From the NCBI GenBank assembly GCA_035283325.1, contig DATEUF010000056.1, positions 5,908 through 69,907 of the forward strand: a stretch of DNA of 64,000 nt, given 5' to 3'. The notes below the pieces were generated by a model, which saw nothing but the letters and a program-made list of their open reading frames with translations, did no database searches and was not told the origin of the DNA. The DNA comes from Pyrinomonadaceae bacterium. GTDB lineage: Bacteria > Acidobacteriota > Blastocatellia > Pyrinomonadales > Pyrinomonadaceae. This document shows, one piece after another, positions 60,876 to 64,000 of this stretch. Position 1 is the stretch's first letter. Every line of letters begins with the position of its first letter. Made by a program: the position numbers and the translations under genes.

Positions 60876-62129
60876 GTGAATTTCATGTCAGAACGGCGTC
60901 TACTTTTTCGCCTCGCCATTTTCTCACTCTTCTTTGCGGTTACGGTTGCTGGTCAAAAGCCGACTGTGACGACCGACACGGTTAAGGCGCTCGCAAACGA
61001 CCCGCGCATTGTTAGCGCGAGTAAGTACATCGATGAAAATCGTGAGGAGATTCTACGTGAGTGGATTGCCATCACCGAAATCAATGCGCCATCCAAGCAC
61101 GAACAGGACCGTGCCAGATATATCGAAAAGCTGTTGCGGAAATTGAAACTGGATAGCATCCGCTATGATTCAGCGGGGAATCTTATAGCCCTTCGTAAAG
61201 GCAGCGGCGGTGGGCCAGTCATCGTTCTTGACGCCCATATGGACACCGTTTTTCAGCCAGGTCTGAAAATAAAGGCAACTGTGAGAGATGGCAGAGTCTA
61301 TGCTCCTGGGGTCGGAGACGACACCCGCAATATTGAAGCGTTGCTAGCGACGATTCGCGCGCTCAACGCGGCGCATATCAAGACGAAAGGGGATTTAATC
61401 TTCCTTTTTACAACTGATGAAGAAACAGGATTAACCGGGGCTGAACAATTTGTGAAGGATAATAAGGGCAAGGTTGATTCTTACATTGCTCTGGATGGTG
61501 GCTATGAAGGATTCACTTACGCGGGGATTGGGATCAATTGGTATCGCCATCACTTTATCGGTCCCGGTGGTCATACCCGCTCACGCACGCCACCTTATTC
61601 CGCCACTTTGCCCCTGGCCCGATCGATCGCCCGGATCGCAGAGCTCCGGGTGCCAACCAATCCGTCCTCTAACTTAAACATGGGCATGCTGGGAGGCTCT
61701 GAGGTAGTCAATGCCAAGGCTGCAGTTGCCTGGTTTACTGTAGATTTGCGATCCATCAGTCGTGAGGTGATATTAGACCTGGAACAAAAGATTGCCAGCA
61801 TTATCGAGGAAGAAGCGAAACGCGTAGGAATGACAGTGAAGTCGGAAATTATTTCCTCTACTCCAGTTGCTGCACTGCCAGGTAACCGTGATTCTCAATT
61901 GGTGCAAACTGCCGAAGCCGTGCATAGAGCGATGGGATTTGATCCGCCGATTACGGCGACGGGGTCAAATAACTCCAGTGCCGCATTGCTGGCCGGAATT
62001 CCCTCAATTTCGACGGGAGCCGGTCCATGCAGCAATTCTCACGCATTGAGTGAGAACTGCGAAATCGAACCTTTTTACAAGGGAATCAAGAAGGTGTTGT
62101 TGTTGGCTGTGGCTCTGGCGAAACTCTAA
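60876..62129 (+). CDS. Secreted M20/M25/M40 family metallopeptidase
   Basis: Signal peptide 'LAIFSLFFAVTVAGQ', then 'VLDAHMDTVF', 'GVGDDTRN' and 'FTTDEETGLTGA' metal-ligand motifs. Confidence 0.85.
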   Translation: MNFMSERRLLFRLAIFSLFFAVTVAGQKPTVTTDTVKALANDPRIVSASKYIDENREEILREWIAITEINAPSKHEQDRARYIEKLLRKLKLDSIRYDSAGNLIALRKGSGGGPVIVLDAHMDTVFQPGLKIKATVRDGRVYAPGVGDDTRNIEALLATIRALNAAHIKTKGDLIFLFTTDEETGLTGAEQFVKDNKGKVDSYIALDGGYEGFTYAGIGINWYRHHFIGPGGHTRSRTPPYSATLPLARSIARIAELRVPTNPSSNLNMGMLGGSEVVNAKAAVAWFTVDLRSISREVILDLEQKIASIIEEEAKRVGMTVKSEIISSTPVAALPGNRDSQLVQTAEAVHRAMGFDPPITATGSNNSSAALLAGIPSISTGAGPCSNSHALSENCEIEPFYKGIKKVLLLAVALAKL

Positions 62130-62133
62130 CAGA

Positions 62134-62200
62134 TGCGGATTTCGGATTGCGGATTGCGAATTTCGGAACTCTGATCATCAGGTCTCCGCAATCCGCAATC
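62134..62200. repeat. STRR-like hairpin (GGATTGC units) between convergent genes; probable bidirectional terminator
   Basis: GATTGCGGATTGCG (62145-62158) is the exact reverse complement of CGCAATCCGCAATC (62187-62200). The 28-nt loop contains TGATCA. Confidence 0.8.
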
Positions 62201-62204
62201 TCTG

Positions 62205-63761
62205 TCAATAACCATCCCCTCGCAACACGACTCCCGCCGTGCGGAGCAAGATCCTCAAATCCAGCAGCAGCGACCAGTTCTCTATATAAAAAATATCCAG
62301 CTTGACCATCTCTTCAAAGGGCAGACGATTTCGGCCCGAGACCTGCCATAAACCTGTTACCCCGGGCTTCATGTCGAGTCGCTTGCGATGCCACAGCTCA
62401 TACGCTTCCACTTCATAGGGAATTGGCGGGCGTGGACCAACCACGCTCATCTCACCGCGCACAACATTCAATAGTTGTGGTACTTCATCCAGACTCCAGC
62501 GACGCAAAAGCCTTCCGACTCGAGTTATCCGCGGATCGTTGCGTAGCTTGTAGGCAGGTCGCTCCGGGTCCCCAACATTTGCTTCATCGTGTCCGGCAAT
62601 AAATTTGCGCTGATACTCGCGATGAACGTCGTCGTCAACGCCGGCATGCATGGTCCGGAACTTGTAAACGAGAAAAATGCGACCGTCCATACCGACTCGT
62701 TCCTGCACGTAAAAGATGCTGCCGCGCGAGTCAAGCTTAATCAGCAGGGCAATGAGCAGCCAAAACGGAAGGAGCAGGCTCAGAGCGAGCAACGCAATAA
62801 CCAAATCGGATGTGCGCTTCAGAATTCGGGCAGAGCTGGAAAGAGGTTCGCGGAAAAGCCGGATCATCGGCAGCGTGCCAATCTGATCAACTTCAGCCTT
62901 GCGCGGAAGACAATTGAACAAGCTCGGCGCGATGCGAAACTCCACGCCCCGCCCTCTGCCGGCCCCCATCATCACGTCAAAGAGGCTGTCACCGTTCACT
63001 CGCGAGTCGGCAATAATCACCTCATTAGCGCGAGAATCGCGAATAGCTTCGGCAAGGGTGTGAATATCGCCGATTACCGGCACGCCTTCATAAACATCGG
63101 GCAGCTTGCGATCGCGATCCCCATTTTCAATGACGCCAATTACCCGGTAGCCAAGACTGGGTCGTTTACGCATCTCGTTGATGCAGAGTGCTGCCTCGGC
63201 TCCACGGCCTACTACCAGGGTTGGGATTAGATTTATGCCCCGCTGCCTTACGAAAATCTGACCACTGCGCACCAGCAGCCGCAAAGTGCCGCTGGCAATA
63301 AAGACGAGCAAAAAATCGATCACAAAAACGCCGCGGGCGTATGAGAAAGCACGGTACTGAAAGCCGCCGCGATATAAAAATGCGGAAGCAACGACCAACA
63401 GTGATCCGATTGCAGTGGCCTTAAAGACCCTTAGTCCATCCTCCACAAAAGAAAACTCTCCCCGCAGACGATAAAGATCGTAATAGCGCATAGTTAGCAA
63501 TCGGATGAGGACCACCAACCCGAGCAGCGCACCGTAAGGGGCAAAACTGCTGCTCCAGTTAAGGGCCCCCGACGCGCTGCGCTGGAGAATCGGATCGCCG
63601 TTTCGGAGATAAGAGGCCATCAGAAAGCACGAGGCAGCGATGAGAGCGTCGGCGACAACAAGCGCCAGCTTGATCGCGGGAATGATCCAGCGCGGCGCGC
63701 GCCCAGGCACACGAACAGAGCTGGGTAAGGTGGAACTATCTCTCTTTAGTTGCGCCTTCAC
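62205..63761 (-). CDS. Exopolysaccharide biosynthesis polyprenyl glycosylphosphotransferase (WcaJ/undecaprenyl-phosphate glucose phosphotransferase-like)
   Basis: N-terminal TM segments. The C-terminal sugar-transferase domain carries '[10 protein letters not shown]', 'KFRTM', '[37 protein letters not shown]' and '[13 protein letters not shown]'. Confidence 0.9.
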   Translation of the reverse strand: MKAQLKRDSSTLPSSVRVPGRAPRWIIPAIKLALVVADALIAASCFLMASYLRNGDPILQRSASGALNWSSSFAPYGALLGLVVLIRLLTMRYYDLYRLRGEFSFVEDGLRVFKATAIGSLLVVASAFLYRGGFQYRAFSYARGVFVIDFLLVFIASGTLRLLVRSGQIFVRQRGINLIPTLVVGRGAEAALCINEMRKRPSLGYRVIGVIENGDRDRKLPDVYEGVPVIGDIHTLAEAIRDSRANEVIIADSRVNGDSLFDVMMGAGRGRGVEFRIAPSLFNCLPRKAEVDQIGTLPMIRLFREPLSSSARILKRTSDLVIALLALSLLLPFWLLIALLIKLDSRGSIFYVQERVGMDGRIFLVYKFRTMHAGVDDDVHREYQRKFIAGHDEANVGDPERPAYKLRNDPRITRVGRLLRRWSLDEVPQLLNVVRGEMSVVGPRPPIPYEVEAYELWHRKRLDMKPGVTGLWQVSGRNRLPFEEMVKLDIFYIENWSLLLDLRILLRTAGVVLRGDGY

Positions 63762-63869
63762 AATCGATTATGCGTCCCGTGGAATCTGAATAATCTGATG
63801 GCTTGACGATAGACGATAAACTACTTACCAGAAAAATTGAATTTGGTACGACCTTGCTTGCCTGAGAGA

Positions 63870-64000
63870 TTACGCGTCCAGGATTAGCTCTATAACCTGA
63901 CGACGCACGTCTAGCGCCTCACGAGCCACAGGAGGTAGCTTTTTTCGTAAAGGTAAAATAGCGAAGTCCTCCTTTGAGCTGAGGCGGGTCAAACGCCCTT
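63870..64000 (-). CDS. Possible partial CDS (3' end only; 5' end outside window)
   Basis: The minus-strand frame is open from the window edge to TAA (63872-63870). Translation ...LPLRKKLPPVAREALDVRRQVIELILDA*. No recognised motif. Confidence 0.2.
   Translation of the reverse strand, partial: GRLTRLSSKEDFAILPLRKKLPPVAREALDVRRQVIELILDA

Overview
This window covers the chromosomal replication-origin region of a moderately GC-rich bacterium. The gene content and a CarboxypepD_reg-type TonB-dependent receptor suggest Acidobacteriota, but this is inference only.

**Core genes**
- Minus strand: rpmH-rnpA-yidD-yidC-jag-mnmE-mnmG-parA-parB, followed by a partial ATP synthase operon (b'-b-delta-alpha-gamma).
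- Plus strand: dnaA-dnaN-recF-gyrB.
- DnaA-box clusters (TTTTCCACA type) lie on both sides of dnaA. The dnaA-dnaN spacer also carries a DnaA-trio-like CTA repeat and an AT-rich tract.
- Other housekeeping genes: TPP riboswitch plus thiC, queG, pdxH, an AmmeMemoRadiSam radical SAM enzyme with a distant AMMECR1 fusion partner, a CHASE/PAS/GAF hybrid histidine kinase, an AAA+/VWA pair, an S8 and an M20 peptidase, and a polyprenyl glycosylphosphotransferase.

**Most unusual content**
1. A roughly 3.5-kb, more AT-rich accessory islet lies downstream of thiC (about 10.35-13.97 kb). It holds a DUF5678-like small gene overlapping a retropepsin-like aspartic protease gene, and an orphan RHH antitoxin-like gene behind a perfect 16-bp palindromic operator. 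It also holds an IS1-like transposase broken by an in-frame TAG, a GxxExxY/PD-(D/E)XK protein, a YjbR-like protein, and local repeats.
2. At least five intergenic hairpin elements have arms made of 6-7 nt tandem repeats, resembling cyanobacterial STRR repeats. One of them supplies the stop codon and C-terminal tail of queG.
3. A FabF-like ketosynthase, a methyltransferase and a flavoprotein form a three-gene operon.
4. A truncated hemoglobin carries a signal peptide and lacks TyrB10.
5. A YdjI/SPFH-like gene appears to have lost its SPFH core in frame.
6. A parS-like site between mnmG and parA is split, with its halves embedded in a hairpin.

No rRNA, tRNA or CRISPR array was seen. All family assignments come from by-eye motif recognition and need HMM or BLAST confirmation.
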